From Rhodobacter sp. (GTDB taxonomy: Bacteria > Pseudomonadota > Alphaproteobacteria > Rhodobacterales > Rhodobacteraceae): a DNA stretch of 64,000 bases. Below are positions 9,285 to 17,907 of this stretch, piece after piece (the stretch's first letter is position 1; each line of letters begins with the position of its first letter). Under the pieces are notes generated by a model. That model saw nothing but the letters and a program-made list of their open reading frames with translations. It searched no databases and had not been told where the DNA came from. The stretch is from NCBI GenBank assembly GCA_027489175.1, contig JAIYAE010000014.1, forward strand, positions 312,491 to 376,490. Reading direction: 5' to 3'. The position numbers and the translations under genes were made by a program.

Positions 9285-9953
9285 CTAGATTGCGCCGATA
9301 CCGCGCAGGACAAGGTCCTTCACGCTGGCCTTTGCGGCGGCCCATTGCCGGTCTGTCAACGGTTTCCCATCGTTCAGCGTCTGAATCTGATGGCCGAAAT
9401 CCGCATAATGCTGGGTCGTGGCCCAAAGCATGTAAAGAAGATGGCGCGGGTCGACCGGGCGCATCTTGCCCTGATCAATCCAGCGCTGGATGGCGGCGAT
9501 CCGCCCGTCCGTCCAGTCGCGGAGCGTGGTTTCCAGATAATCCTGGATCACCGGCGCACCATGCATCACCTCGGACGCCCAGACCTTTGAGCCATAGGGA
9601 TGCGTACGGCTGATATCCATCTTGGCGTCGATATAGCCGCCAAGGCCTTCAACCGGCCCCGGCGCATCGTCAAACTGCATCGCGGCATCGAGCCAGATTT
9701 CGAAGATCTGCTGAACGACCTTGCGGTAAAGGTCTTCCTTGGTGGCAAAGTAGTAATGCAGGTTGGCCTTCGGCAGCCCGGCCATGTCGGCGATCAGCTG
9801 CATCGTGGCCCCGCCGAACCCGGCCTCGGCAAAGACCTTCTCGGCCGCGTCCAGAATCACCCGTTCATTCTCGCGCCGGATTTCCGTGCGACGGCCTGGT
9901 TTGATGCGGGAAATCTGGGCATCTGCGGTCATTTGGTCGTCATTCTGGGGCAT
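9285..9953 (-). CDS. TetR family transcriptional regulator, RutR-like (second copy)
   Basis: HTH region [44 protein letters not shown]. Divergent from the amidohydrolase operon, with two RutR-type boxes in between. Confidence 0.88.
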   Translation of the reverse strand: MPQNDDQMTADAQISRIKPGRRTEIRRENERVILDAAEKVFAEAGFGGATMQLIADMAGLPKANLHYYFATKEDLYRKVVQQIFEIWLDAAMQFDDAPGPVEGLGGYIDAKMDISRTHPYGSKVWASEVMHGAPVIQDYLETTLRDWTDGRIAAIQRWIDQGKMRPVDPRHLLYMLWATTQHYADFGHQIQTLNDGKPLTDRQWAAAKASVKDLVLRGIGAI

Positions 9954-9973
9954 CCAGGGCTGTCATATTTTCG

Positions 9974-9989
9974 TTGACCGGTTGGTCAG
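9974..9989. promoter_or_regulatory. RutR-type operator box 1
   Basis: TTGACCGGTTGGTCAG matches 12/14 specified positions of TTGACCAnnTGGTCAA. Confidence 0.6.
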
Positions 9990-10007
9990 GTTGTGGTGCG
10001 CTTGCAG

Positions 10008-10023
10008 TTGACCATACGGTCAG
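10008..10023. promoter_or_regulatory. RutR-type operator box 2
   Basis: TTGACCATACGGTCAG matches 12/14 specified positions. It lies 34 bp centre-to-centre from box 1. Confidence 0.6.
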
Positions 10024-10077
10024 GAAATGAGTCGCGGCAAGGGGCAGCATGGCCCCGCTGTGAACGGGGAGCGTCAG

Positions 10078-11328
10078 ATGCCACCAACCGGGGACAACCT
10101 GCGGATCAACTCTGAACGGCTGTGGGACAGCCTTGAAGAGATGGCGTTGATCGGCCCCGGCGTGGCGGGCGGCTGCAACCGGCAGACCCTGACCGATGCC
10201 GATAGCGAAGGGCGGCACCTGTTCGCGGGCTGGTGCAAGGCGGCAGGCATGACCATGGGGGTAGATACCATGGGCAACATGTTCGCGACCCGACCGGGGA
10301 CAGACCCTGCGGCGCTGCCAGTCTACATGGGCTCGCACCTCGACACCCAGCCGACGGGGGGGAAGTATGACGGCGTGCTCGGGGTTCTGGGTGCACTGGA
10401 GGTCGTGCGGACGCTGAACGACATGGGGGTGAAGACGAAGCACCCGATCGTGGTGACAAACTGGACGAACGAGGAAGGCGCGCGGTTCGCGCCGGCGATG
10501 CTGGCGAGCGGCGTCTTTGCGGGCATCCATACCGAAGACTACGCGAAGTCGCGCCGCGACCTCGACGGCAAGGTCTTCGGTGAGGAACTGGCACGGATCG
10601 GCTGGGTCGGCGACGAAAAGGTCGGCGCCCGCAAGATGCATGCGATGCTGGAGCTGCACATCGAACAGGGCCCGATCTTGGAGGCTGAGGGCAAGTCGAT
10701 TGGCGTCGTGACCCACGGACAGGGTCTCTGGTGGCTGGAAATCACGCTGACGGGGAAGGACGCCCACACCGGCTCCACGCCCATGAACATGCGGGTGAAC
10801 GCGGGTCTCGGGATGGCCCGGATCACCGAACGCGTCCACCAGATCGCGATGAGCCACCAGCCGAACGCCGTGGGCGCAGTGGGGCAGGTGAAGGTTTTTC
10901 CCAACAGTCGCAATGTGATACCGGGCAAAGTTGTGTTCACCGTCGACATTCGGTCGCCCGAACAGGCCAAGCTCGACGCGATGAAGGCCGAGGTCATCCG
11001 CGCCGCCCATGCGGTGGCGAAGGAACTGGGGCTGGTCTGTGAGATCGAGGATGTGGGCCACTTCGACCCCGTCACCTTCGACCCCGGGCTAGTGAAGATC
11101 GTCCGCCAGAGCGCTGAAAAGCTGGGCTATTCCCACATGGACATTGTAAGCGGAGCCGGCCACGACGCCTGCTGGATCAACCGCGTCGCCCCCACGGTAA
11201 TGGTGATGTGCCCCTGCGTGGATGGCCTTTCCCACAACGAGGCCGAGAAGATCAGCCCGGAATGGGCGGCGGCGGGAACGGATGTGCTCCTCCACGCGGT
11301 GGTTGAGGTGGCGGAGGTGGTGGGGTGA
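10078..11328 (+). CDS. Zn-dependent M20 amidohydrolase (N-carbamoyl-beta-alanine / allantoate amidohydrolase family)
   Basis: ATG at 10078 lies 6 nt after GGGGAG. Motifs: MGSHLDTQPTGGKYDGVLGV, NEEGARF, ELHIEQGPILE. Confidence 0.88.
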   Translation: MPPTGDNLRINSERLWDSLEEMALIGPGVAGGCNRQTLTDADSEGRHLFAGWCKAAGMTMGVDTMGNMFATRPGTDPAALPVYMGSHLDTQPTGGKYDGVLGVLGALEVVRTLNDMGVKTKHPIVVTNWTNEEGARFAPAMLASGVFAGIHTEDYAKSRRDLDGKVFGEELARIGWVGDEKVGARKMHAMLELHIEQGPILEAEGKSIGVVTHGQGLWWLEITLTGKDAHTGSTPMNMRVNAGLGMARITERVHQIAMSHQPNAVGAVGQVKVFPNSRNVIPGKVVFTVDIRSPEQAKLDAMKAEVIRAAHAVAKELGLVCEIEDVGHFDPVTFDPGLVKIVRQSAEKLGYSHMDIVSGAGHDACWINRVAPTVMVMCPCVDGLSHNEAEKISPEWAAAGTDVLLHAVVEVAEVVG

Positions 11329-11708
11329 GTTTTGCTCGGCATGTCTTGATCGTCGGGTGCCTTCTCGTCGCGTTGCAGGCGAGTCGAGCGGCATCCGAAG
11401 AGAATGTGCTGAAGCCGGGAGCATTCGCAGGAGTCGGTGCTGCCGAATGTTCTTACCTCATCGGACTCGACAAAGCTGGCGCTGACACAAGCGCCGTTGT
11501 GAGTTGGGTAGTCGGGTTCTGGTCAGGAATGAATCTTTTCTTCTCCACTAACGATACGCCTCAGCGCGACATTTGGACCGCTTCTCAGGATCCTGTCTCC
11601 CTGGAGGCGATGATTGTCGGTCGCTGCTACGAAGATCCGAAGGAGCTAATTGTAAACGCTGCCGGAAAGATCTTCCAAACGATGCCAGAAATCGGAGGAA
11701 CCCCATGA
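11325..11708 (+). CDS. secreted hypothetical protein (127 aa, two Cys), atypical codon usage
   Basis: The GTG start overlaps the upstream stop (GTGA) and the stop overlaps the hydA start (ATGA). Signal peptide: MSFARHVLIVGCLLVALQASRA. GC3 is 73/127 = 57% (hand count), against 28/30 for the first codons of hydA. Confidence 0.65.
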   Translation: MSFARHVLIVGCLLVALQASRAASEENVLKPGAFAGVGAAECSYLIGLDKAGADTSAVVSWVVGFWSGMNLFFSTNDTPQRDIWTASQDPVSLEAMIVGRCYEDPKELIVNAAGKIFQTMPEIGGTP

Positions 11709-13156
11709 CCACCATCATCAAAAACGGCACCGTCGTCACCGCCGACCTCACCTACAAGGCCGATGTGCGGGTGGAGAACGGGTTGATCACCGAGATCGGG
11801 CAGGGCCTCAAGGGCGGGGCGGAGCTTGATGCGACCGGCTGCTATGTCATGCCCGGCGGGATCGACCCGCATACGCATCTTGAGATGCCCTTCATGGGCA
11901 CCTACTCGGCGGATGATTTCGAAAGCGGCACCCGGGCGGCGCTATCGGGCGGGACCACAATGGTCGTCGACTTCATCCTGCCGGGGCAGGGGCAGGACCT
12001 GATGGATGCGGCCAAAGCGTGGCACAACAAGTCCACTCGGGCCACCTGCGATTACTCCTACCACATGGCCGTCACCTGGTGGGGTGAGAAGGTCTGGCAG
12101 GGGATCGAGGACTCGGCCAAGGCGGGCATCACCAGCTTCAAGCATTTCATGGCCTACAAGGGCGCCTTGATGGTGAACGACGATGAGTTGTTCAACTCCT
12201 TCCGCCGGGTCGGGGATGTGGGCGGTCTGGCGATGGTCCATGCCGAGAACGGCGATGTAGTGGCCGAGCTGACCGCGAAGCTCTTGGCCGAGGGGAACAC
12301 CGGCCCCGAGGGCCACGCCTATTCCCGCCCGCCGCAGGTGGAGGGCGAGGCCACCAACCGCGCGATCATGATCGCCGACATGGCGGGCGTGCCGCTTTAT
12401 GTCGTCCACGTCTCCTGCGAGGACGCGCATGAGGCGATCCGGCGGGCGCGGGCGGCGGGGAAACGGGTTTATGGCGAGCCGTTGATCCAGCACCTGACGC
12501 TGGACGAAATTGAATACTTCCACCCCGACTGGGACCACGCTGCCCGCCGGGTGATGAGCCCGCCGTTCCGCAACAAGCAACACCAAGACAGCCTGTGGGC
12601 TGGGCTGATGAGCGGGTCGTTGTCGGTGGTGGCCACCGACCACTGCGCCTTCACCACAGAGCAAAAGCGCTTCGGCCGTGGCAACTTCGCCAAGATCCCG
12701 AACGGGACGGGGGGCCTGGAGGATCGGTTGCCGATGCTTTGGACCCACGGGGTCGCCACGGGCCGCCTCACGCCGAATGAATTTGTGGCCGTAACCTCAA
12801 CCAACATCGCGAAAATCCTGAACTGCTATCCGAAAAAGGGCGCAGTGCTGGTGGGGGCGGATGCGGACCTTGTGGTTCTGGACCCCGAGAAGACCAAGAC
12901 GATCACGGCGGCCAAACAGCAGTCGGCGATCGACTACAACGTCTTCGAGGGCCATACGGTCAAGGGCCTCCCCCGCTTTACCCTCACCCGCGGCCATGTG
13001 GCGATCCACGATGGCGAGGTGCGTACGCAGGAAGGCCACGGGCGTTTCGTCGCCCGCGAGGCGCGGCCTGCCGTCAACCGCGCGCTGACCCAGTGGAAGG
13101 ACCTGACCGCCCCCCGCCCGGTGGAGCGGACAGGCATCCCGGCGACCGGCGTCTAG
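11705..13156 (+). CDS. hydA: dihydropyrimidinase (D-hydantoinase)
   Basis: ATG at 11705 (MTTIIKNGTVVTADLTYKADVRVENG). Metal motif GGIDPHTHLEMPF and cyclic amidohydrolase family features throughout. Confidence 0.93.
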   Translation: MTTIIKNGTVVTADLTYKADVRVENGLITEIGQGLKGGAELDATGCYVMPGGIDPHTHLEMPFMGTYSADDFESGTRAALSGGTTMVVDFILPGQGQDLMDAAKAWHNKSTRATCDYSYHMAVTWWGEKVWQGIEDSAKAGITSFKHFMAYKGALMVNDDELFNSFRRVGDVGGLAMVHAENGDVVAELTAKLLAEGNTGPEGHAYSRPPQVEGEATNRAIMIADMAGVPLYVVHVSCEDAHEAIRRARAAGKRVYGEPLIQHLTLDEIEYFHPDWDHAARRVMSPPFRNKQHQDSLWAGLMSGSLSVVATDHCAFTTEQKRFGRGNFAKIPNGTGGLEDRLPMLWTHGVATGRLTPNEFVAVTSTNIAKILNCYPKKGAVLVGADADLVVLDPEKTKTITAAKQQSAIDYNVFEGHTVKGLPRFTLTRGHVAIHDGEVRTQEGHGRFVAREARPAVNRALTQWKDLTAPRPVERTGIPATGV

Positions 13157-13548
13157 GGCACCAGATGCTCCAACTCCGGCAACAGCACGACGCTTTCCTG
13201 CTCGTTCGGGTCGGTTCGGGCAATCACGGCCGTGCAGGGCTCGGGGCCGGGGTTGAAGGGGAGGTGGGGCGTGTCGGCGGGGATATAGATCAGGTCGCCG
13301 GCCTCGGCCTCCATCCGGTGCTGGAGGCGGTCGCCCCAGTACATCACCGACCGACCGGTCATCTGGTAGATCGCGGTCTCATGCGTCGCGTGCTTGTGGG
13401 CCTTGGCGCGGCCGCCGGGCGGGATCGTCAGAAGATGCATGCAGATCGCCGTCGAACCCACTGTTTCCGCAGCGATTCCGGCGTCGTAGGTGAACCCCTG
13501 CTTTCCGGCATAGCGGTCAGCGGGGCGGATTTTGCGGCAGTCGGGCAT
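13153..13548 (-). CDS. cupin domain protein
   Basis: ATG at 13548 lies 6 nt after AGGAGA. Cupin motifs KAHKHATHETAIY and GDLIYIPADTPH. Its stop overlaps the hydA stop (CTAG). Confidence 0.8.
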   Translation of the reverse strand: MPDCRKIRPADRYAGKQGFTYDAGIAAETVGSTAICMHLLTIPPGGRAKAHKHATHETAIYQMTGRSVMYWGDRLQHRMEAEAGDLIYIPADTPHLPFNPGPEPCTAVIARTDPNEQESVVLLPELEHLVP

Positions 13549-13581
13549 GGTGAGTCTCCTTCGCGAGAAGGATATCATGCC

Positions 13582-13719
13582 TCAGGGTTCGCCGGGCTCG
13601 GATTCCTCGTCGTCGCCGGGCGGGGCGAAGGCGATGACGGGGGCGCGGAAGTCGATGTCGTCCAGGTCCTCGGGCGCGGGTGCGAAGGCGAGGGTCGTCT
13701 GCAAGGCGTTGAAAAGCAT
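13582..13719 (-). CDS. 45-aa acidic mini-protein (MLFNALQTTLAFAPAPEDLDDIDFRAPVIAFAPPGDDEESEPGEP)
   Basis: GGAGGA lies 5 nt upstream of the ATG and 41/45 codons end in G/C (hand count). It ends 33 nt upstream of the cupin start on the same strand. Confidence 0.5.
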   Translation of the reverse strand: MLFNALQTTLAFAPAPEDLDDIDFRAPVIAFAPPGDDEESEPGEP

Positions 13720-13841
13720 GGCCGTCCTCCGATTTCGGACGAGGTGGGAACGGGCTCGGCCGGTCGCAAGGGTGGCAGGGTGTCGCAACGGAAATGTGAA
13801 GGACTGGCTGCGGTTGGCAGCCAAGGCAAAGGAATGATCGG

Positions 13842-14639
13842 TTGAAGGACACGCTGAACCCCCAACCGCCGGTGATCGAAGCACAGGGGCTGCAACTGGT
13901 CTTCCAGACGGCGGATGGGCCGGTCCAGGCGTTGAAGGATGTGAACCTGGTGATCAACCGGGGGGATTTCGTCAGCTTCATCGGGCCAAGTGGTTGTGGA
14001 AAAACAACTTTCCTGCGCGCGATTGCGGCCTTGGAGCATCCGACGGGCGGGACGCTTACGGTGAACGGGATGACCCCGGACGAGGCGCGGCGGAAGCGGG
14101 CTTATGGCTATGTATTTCAGGCGGCCGGGCTTTATCCTTGGCGGACCATCAGTGGGAACATCCGCTTACCGCTGGAAATCATGGGGTTTTCCAAGGCCGA
14201 GCAGGACAGCCGGGTTGCGAGGGTTCTGGATCTGGTGGAGCTTTCGGGCTTTGGCAAAAAGTTCCCCTGGCAGCTTTCGGGGGGCATGCAGCAGCGGGCC
14301 AGCATTGCGCGGGCCTTGGCGTTCGATGCCGATATCCTTTTGATGGACGAACCCTTTGGCGCGCTGGATGAGATCGTCCGCGACCGCCTGAATGAGGAAG
14401 TGCTGAAGCTGTGGGCACGCACCGGGAAAACTATTGGTTTTGTTACCCATTCCATCCCGGAGGCGGTTTACCTTAGCACCAAGATCGTCGTCATGTCCCC
14501 GCGTCCGGGGCGGATCACGGATGTGATCGACAGCCCGCTGCCGAAGGAACGGCCCCTGGATATCCGCGACAGCCGGGAGTTCATCGAGATCGCGCACCGG
14601 GTGCGGGAAGGGCTGCGGGCGGGGCATCTTGATGATTGA
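13842..14639 (+). CDS. ABC transporter ATP-binding protein (NitT/TauT family)
   Basis: TTG start. Walker A GPSGCGKTT, signature LSGGMQQR, Walker B ILLMDEPF. Confidence 0.9.
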   Translation: MKDTLNPQPPVIEAQGLQLVFQTADGPVQALKDVNLVINRGDFVSFIGPSGCGKTTFLRAIAALEHPTGGTLTVNGMTPDEARRKRAYGYVFQAAGLYPWRTISGNIRLPLEIMGFSKAEQDSRVARVLDLVELSGFGKKFPWQLSGGMQQRASIARALAFDADILLMDEPFGALDEIVRDRLNEEVLKLWARTGKTIGFVTHSIPEAVYLSTKIVVMSPRPGRITDVIDSPLPKERPLDIRDSREFIEIAHRVREGLRAGHLDD

Positions 14640-14732
14640 AATCGCAGTCTTTTTCCCGTCTTCCTTGCGTCTTCCTTCCGTCTCTACGCGCGGGGTAAAA
14701 ACCGTTTCTTCACCCATCATCGGGGACGCAGC

Positions 14733-15068
14733 ATGAGCGGCGCGCTGATGCTGTGGCTGGCGGTCGCGATGGCGGTGTTCATCACCGCGAATTCCGTGTT
14801 GCGGGCCTATGTGAGCAACGCGCAGCTTTGGGTCCTGCTGGCGGCGCTTGCGCTTTTCAGCATCGGCAATCTGATGATGGTGCGGCTGATGCGGGAAAGC
14901 GGGCTTGCCGTGGCAATCTCGGTCTCTTCCATCGTCCAGCTGGTGATGATCGGGCTGGTGGCCTGGTTCATCTTTGGTGAGCGGCCCACGGGCCTGCAGA
15001 TCGCCGGAATGGCGCTGGGGGTGATCGCGGTCGCGATGATCGCCTGGCCGGTGGAGGCGAAGGGATGA
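14733..15068 (+). CDS. small 4-TM membrane protein, SMR/DMT-half-like
   Basis: 111 aa with four hydrophobic segments. The stop overlaps the next permease start (ATGA). Confidence 0.65.
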   Translation: MSGALMLWLAVAMAVFITANSVLRAYVSNAQLWVLLAALALFSIGNLMMVRLMRESGLAVAISVSSIVQLVMIGLVAWFIFGERPTGLQIAGMALGVIAVAMIAWPVEAKG

Positions 15069-15931
15069 ACCGCGCGCTTCCCGTCCTCACCGTCCTCGCC
15101 GGGATCATCGTCCTTTGGTACGCGGCGGCGGTCTGGATGAACGCCACCTGGGTCTATGACCAGGCCGAGCGGGCGGGGACCACGGTCACTTTGGCCGAGG
15201 TTATTCCGCAGACCATGGTGCAGGACCGGCCCCTGTTGCCCCCGCCGCACCAGGTGGGGGCGGAAGTGTGGAAAGGCCTCTTCGGGCAGGCGGTGACCTC
15301 AAAGCGGAGTTTGGTCTACCACGCCTACATCACCTTCAAGGGCACGATGATGGGCTTTGGCCTTGGGATCGTGTTCGGCGTTGCGCTGGCGATGGCGATT
15401 GTCCGGTTCCGGGTGGTGGACATGAGCGTGATGCCCTGGGCGGTCATCAGCCAGACGATCCCCATCGTGGCTTTAGCGCCGATGATCATTGTGGTTTCCA
15501 GCCAGATGGGTCTGACGGGGCGGGATCTGCCGAAGGCGATCATCGCGGCCTACCTTTCATTCTTTCCGGTGCTGGTCAGCATGGTCAAGGGACTGCGGTC
15601 CCCGGATCAGATGCAGCTGGACCTTCTTAAAACCTATGGCGCCGGGGAGTGGGCGACGTTCCTGAAGCTGCGACTTCCGGCGTCGATGCCCTATTTCTTC
15701 GCCTCATTGAAAGTGGCGGTTGCGGCCTCGTTGGTCGGCACGATCGTAGGCGAACTTCCGACCGGGGCGATTGAGGGTCTGGGCGCGCGAATGCTCATCG
15801 GGTCGCAGTTTGGCGAGCCCTTGATCATGTGGGCGGCGCTCTTTGCCTCGGCGATCCTTGCGGGGTTGTTGATCGTGGCTGTTGGATTGGTAGAGCGGTT
15901 TGCACGGGCGCGGATGGGGGTTCCGGCATGA
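15065..15931 (+). CDS. ABC transporter permease
   Basis: 288 aa, multi-TM. NitT/TauT-type conserved loop TYGAGEWATFLKLRLPASMPYFFASLKVA. Confidence 0.88.
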   Translation: MNRALPVLTVLAGIIVLWYAAAVWMNATWVYDQAERAGTTVTLAEVIPQTMVQDRPLLPPPHQVGAEVWKGLFGQAVTSKRSLVYHAYITFKGTMMGFGLGIVFGVALAMAIVRFRVVDMSVMPWAVISQTIPIVALAPMIIVVSSQMGLTGRDLPKAIIAAYLSFFPVLVSMVKGLRSPDQMQLDLLKTYGAGEWATFLKLRLPASMPYFFASLKVAVAASLVGTIVGELPTGAIEGLGARMLIGSQFGEPLIMWAALFASAILAGLLIVAVGLVERFARARMGVPA

Positions 15932-16773
15932 GCGCGCTTTGGATGGCGGTCGCGGTCTGGCTGGCGGCCTGGGGGCTGAATGCCTGGCTTGCGGGGAGTG
16001 CCGCATCCCGGACCCGGTTCGGCAAGGCGCTGGTGCCGCTGATCTTTGGCGCAACCGTCCTTGTTCTGTGGGAAGGGCTGGTCCGCGGGCTGTCAGTGCC
16101 CCCCGTCATCCTGCCCGCGCCATCCGCCATCGCTGCGACAATCACAGGGTCGCTTCCAACCCTTTGGCAGGACTTTGCGCAGACCATCCTGAAAGGTGCG
16201 ATCCCTGGCTTCCTGATCGGGGCAGGGGCGGCCTTCGTGGTAGCGATTGCCATTGACCGCAGCCCGTTCCTGCAACGCGGCCTTCTGCCCATCGGCAACT
16301 TCGTGGCCGCTTTGCCGATTGTCGGCCTCGCGCCCATTCTGGTGATGTGGTTCGGGTTCGACTGGCAGTCGAAAGCCGCCGTCGTGGTCGTGATGGTGTT
16401 CTTCCCGATCCTGGTGAACCTCGTTGCGGGCTTGCAGGCGTCAGAGCGGATGCAGCGCGATCTGATGGCGACCTGGGGGGCGTCCTACTGGCAGACGCTG
16501 GTGAAACTGCGGCTGCCGGCGGCGATGCCTTTCCTCTTCAACGGGCTTAAAATTGCATCGACTCTGGCCCTGATCGGCGCGATTGTTGCTGAGTTTTTCG
16601 GCAGTCCGGTCTACGGGATGGGGTTCCGCATCAGTACCGAGGTCGGACGGCTTGGCCTTGACATGGTTTGGGCCACGATTGCGGTCGCGGCTTTGGCGGG
16701 GTCGGCGCTGTACGGGCTGATCTCGCTGATCGAACGGTGGGTGACCTTCTGGCACCCGTCGCAACGGCATTAA
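15928..16773 (+). CDS. ABC transporter permease (second)
   Basis: ATG at 15928 overlaps the previous stop (ATGA). Conserved loop TWGASYWQTLVKLRLPAAMPFLFNGLKIA. Confidence 0.88.
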   Translation: MSALWMAVAVWLAAWGLNAWLAGSAASRTRFGKALVPLIFGATVLVLWEGLVRGLSVPPVILPAPSAIAATITGSLPTLWQDFAQTILKGAIPGFLIGAGAAFVVAIAIDRSPFLQRGLLPIGNFVAALPIVGLAPILVMWFGFDWQSKAAVVVVMVFFPILVNLVAGLQASERMQRDLMATWGASYWQTLVKLRLPAAMPFLFNGLKIASTLALIGAIVAEFFGSPVYGMGFRISTEVGRLGLDMVWATIAVAALAGSALYGLISLIERWVTFWHPSQRH

Positions 16774-16813
16774 CCAATGGCCCGGAACGCGGGCCCAAAA
16801 CGGGGAGTTGACG

Positions 16814-17794
16814 ATGAAGAAACTTGTGACTGCTGCCTTTCTGGCTGCCATGGGCACCGGTGCCCAGGCCGAGGATGTGACGCTGCAGCTGAAATGGGTG
16901 ACCCAGGCCCAGTTCGCGGGCTATTATGTGGCCCAGGCCAAGGGGTTCTATGAGGAAGAGGGCCTGAACGTCACCATCCTGCCGGGCGGCCCGGACATCG
17001 CGCCGACGCAGGTGATCGCAGGCGGCGGGGCTGACGTGATCGTGGAATGGATGCCGGCGGCCCTTGCGGCCCGCGAAAAGGGCCTGCCCTTGGTGAACAT
17101 CGCGCAGCCCTTCGCGTCTTCGGGCATGATGCTGACCTGCCTTGCGGAAACCGGGATCACGACCCCGGCCGATTTTGCCGACAAGAAGCTGGGCGTCTGG
17201 TTCTTCGGCAACGAGTACCCGTTCCTGTCGTGGATGGCGACGCTGGGTCTGGCGACTGACGGCTCTCCCGGTGGGGTGACGGTGCTGAAGCAGGGCTTCA
17301 ACGTCGACCCCCTGCTGCAAAAGCAGGCGGCCTGCATTTCGACGATGACCTACAACGAATACTGGCAGGTCATCGACGCCGGGATCACCCCGGAACAACT
17401 GGTGACCTTCAAGTATGAAGACCAGGGCGTGGCGACGCTGGAAGACGGGCTTTATGTGCTGGAAGACAAGCTGGCCGACCCGGCCTTTGCCGAGACGATG
17501 GTCAAGTTCGTGCGCGCCAGCATGAAGGGCTGGAAATACGCCGAAGCCAACAGCGATGAAGCGGCGATGATCGTGCTGGAAAACGACCAGACCGGCGCGC
17601 AGACCGAAACCCACCAGAAGCGGATGATGGGCGAGATTGCCAAGCTGACCGCAGGGTCGAACGGCGCGCTTGACGTCGCTGCGGCGGAACGCACCGTGGC
17701 CACGCTCTTGGCCGGCGGGTCGGACCCGGTGATCACGGCGGCCCCGACCGGCGCCTGGACCAGCGCCATCACGGATGCAGCGCTCGCCCCCTGA
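16814..17794 (+). CDS. ABC transporter substrate-binding protein, NMT1/THI5-like
   Basis: ATG at 16814 lies 6 nt after GGGGAG. Signal peptide MKKLVTAAFLAAMGTGAQA, then LQLKWVTQAQFAGYYVAQAKGFY. Confidence 0.88.
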   Translation: MKKLVTAAFLAAMGTGAQAEDVTLQLKWVTQAQFAGYYVAQAKGFYEEEGLNVTILPGGPDIAPTQVIAGGGADVIVEWMPAALAAREKGLPLVNIAQPFASSGMMLTCLAETGITTPADFADKKLGVWFFGNEYPFLSWMATLGLATDGSPGGVTVLKQGFNVDPLLQKQAACISTMTYNEYWQVIDAGITPEQLVTFKYEDQGVATLEDGLYVLEDKLADPAFAETMVKFVRASMKGWKYAEANSDEAAMIVLENDQTGAQTETHQKRMMGEIAKLTAGSNGALDVAAAERTVATLLAGGSDPVITAAPTGAWTSAITDAALAP

Positions 17795-17811
17795 TCTGAC
17801 GCAAAATCTGG

Positions 17812-17848
17812 ACCGCGCCCGGGGAACCTCGGGCGCGGTTTTCTTTTC
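17812..17848 (+). terminator. rho-independent terminator after the ABC operon
   Basis: ACCGCGCCCG-gggaacct-CGGGCGCGGT followed by TTTCTTTTC. Confidence 0.8.
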
Positions 17849-17907
17849 ATCGGTTGTGAAGTGGGGCGCGGGCTTGTAAATTCCGTGACGGAACAACAGG
17901 TCATCCC

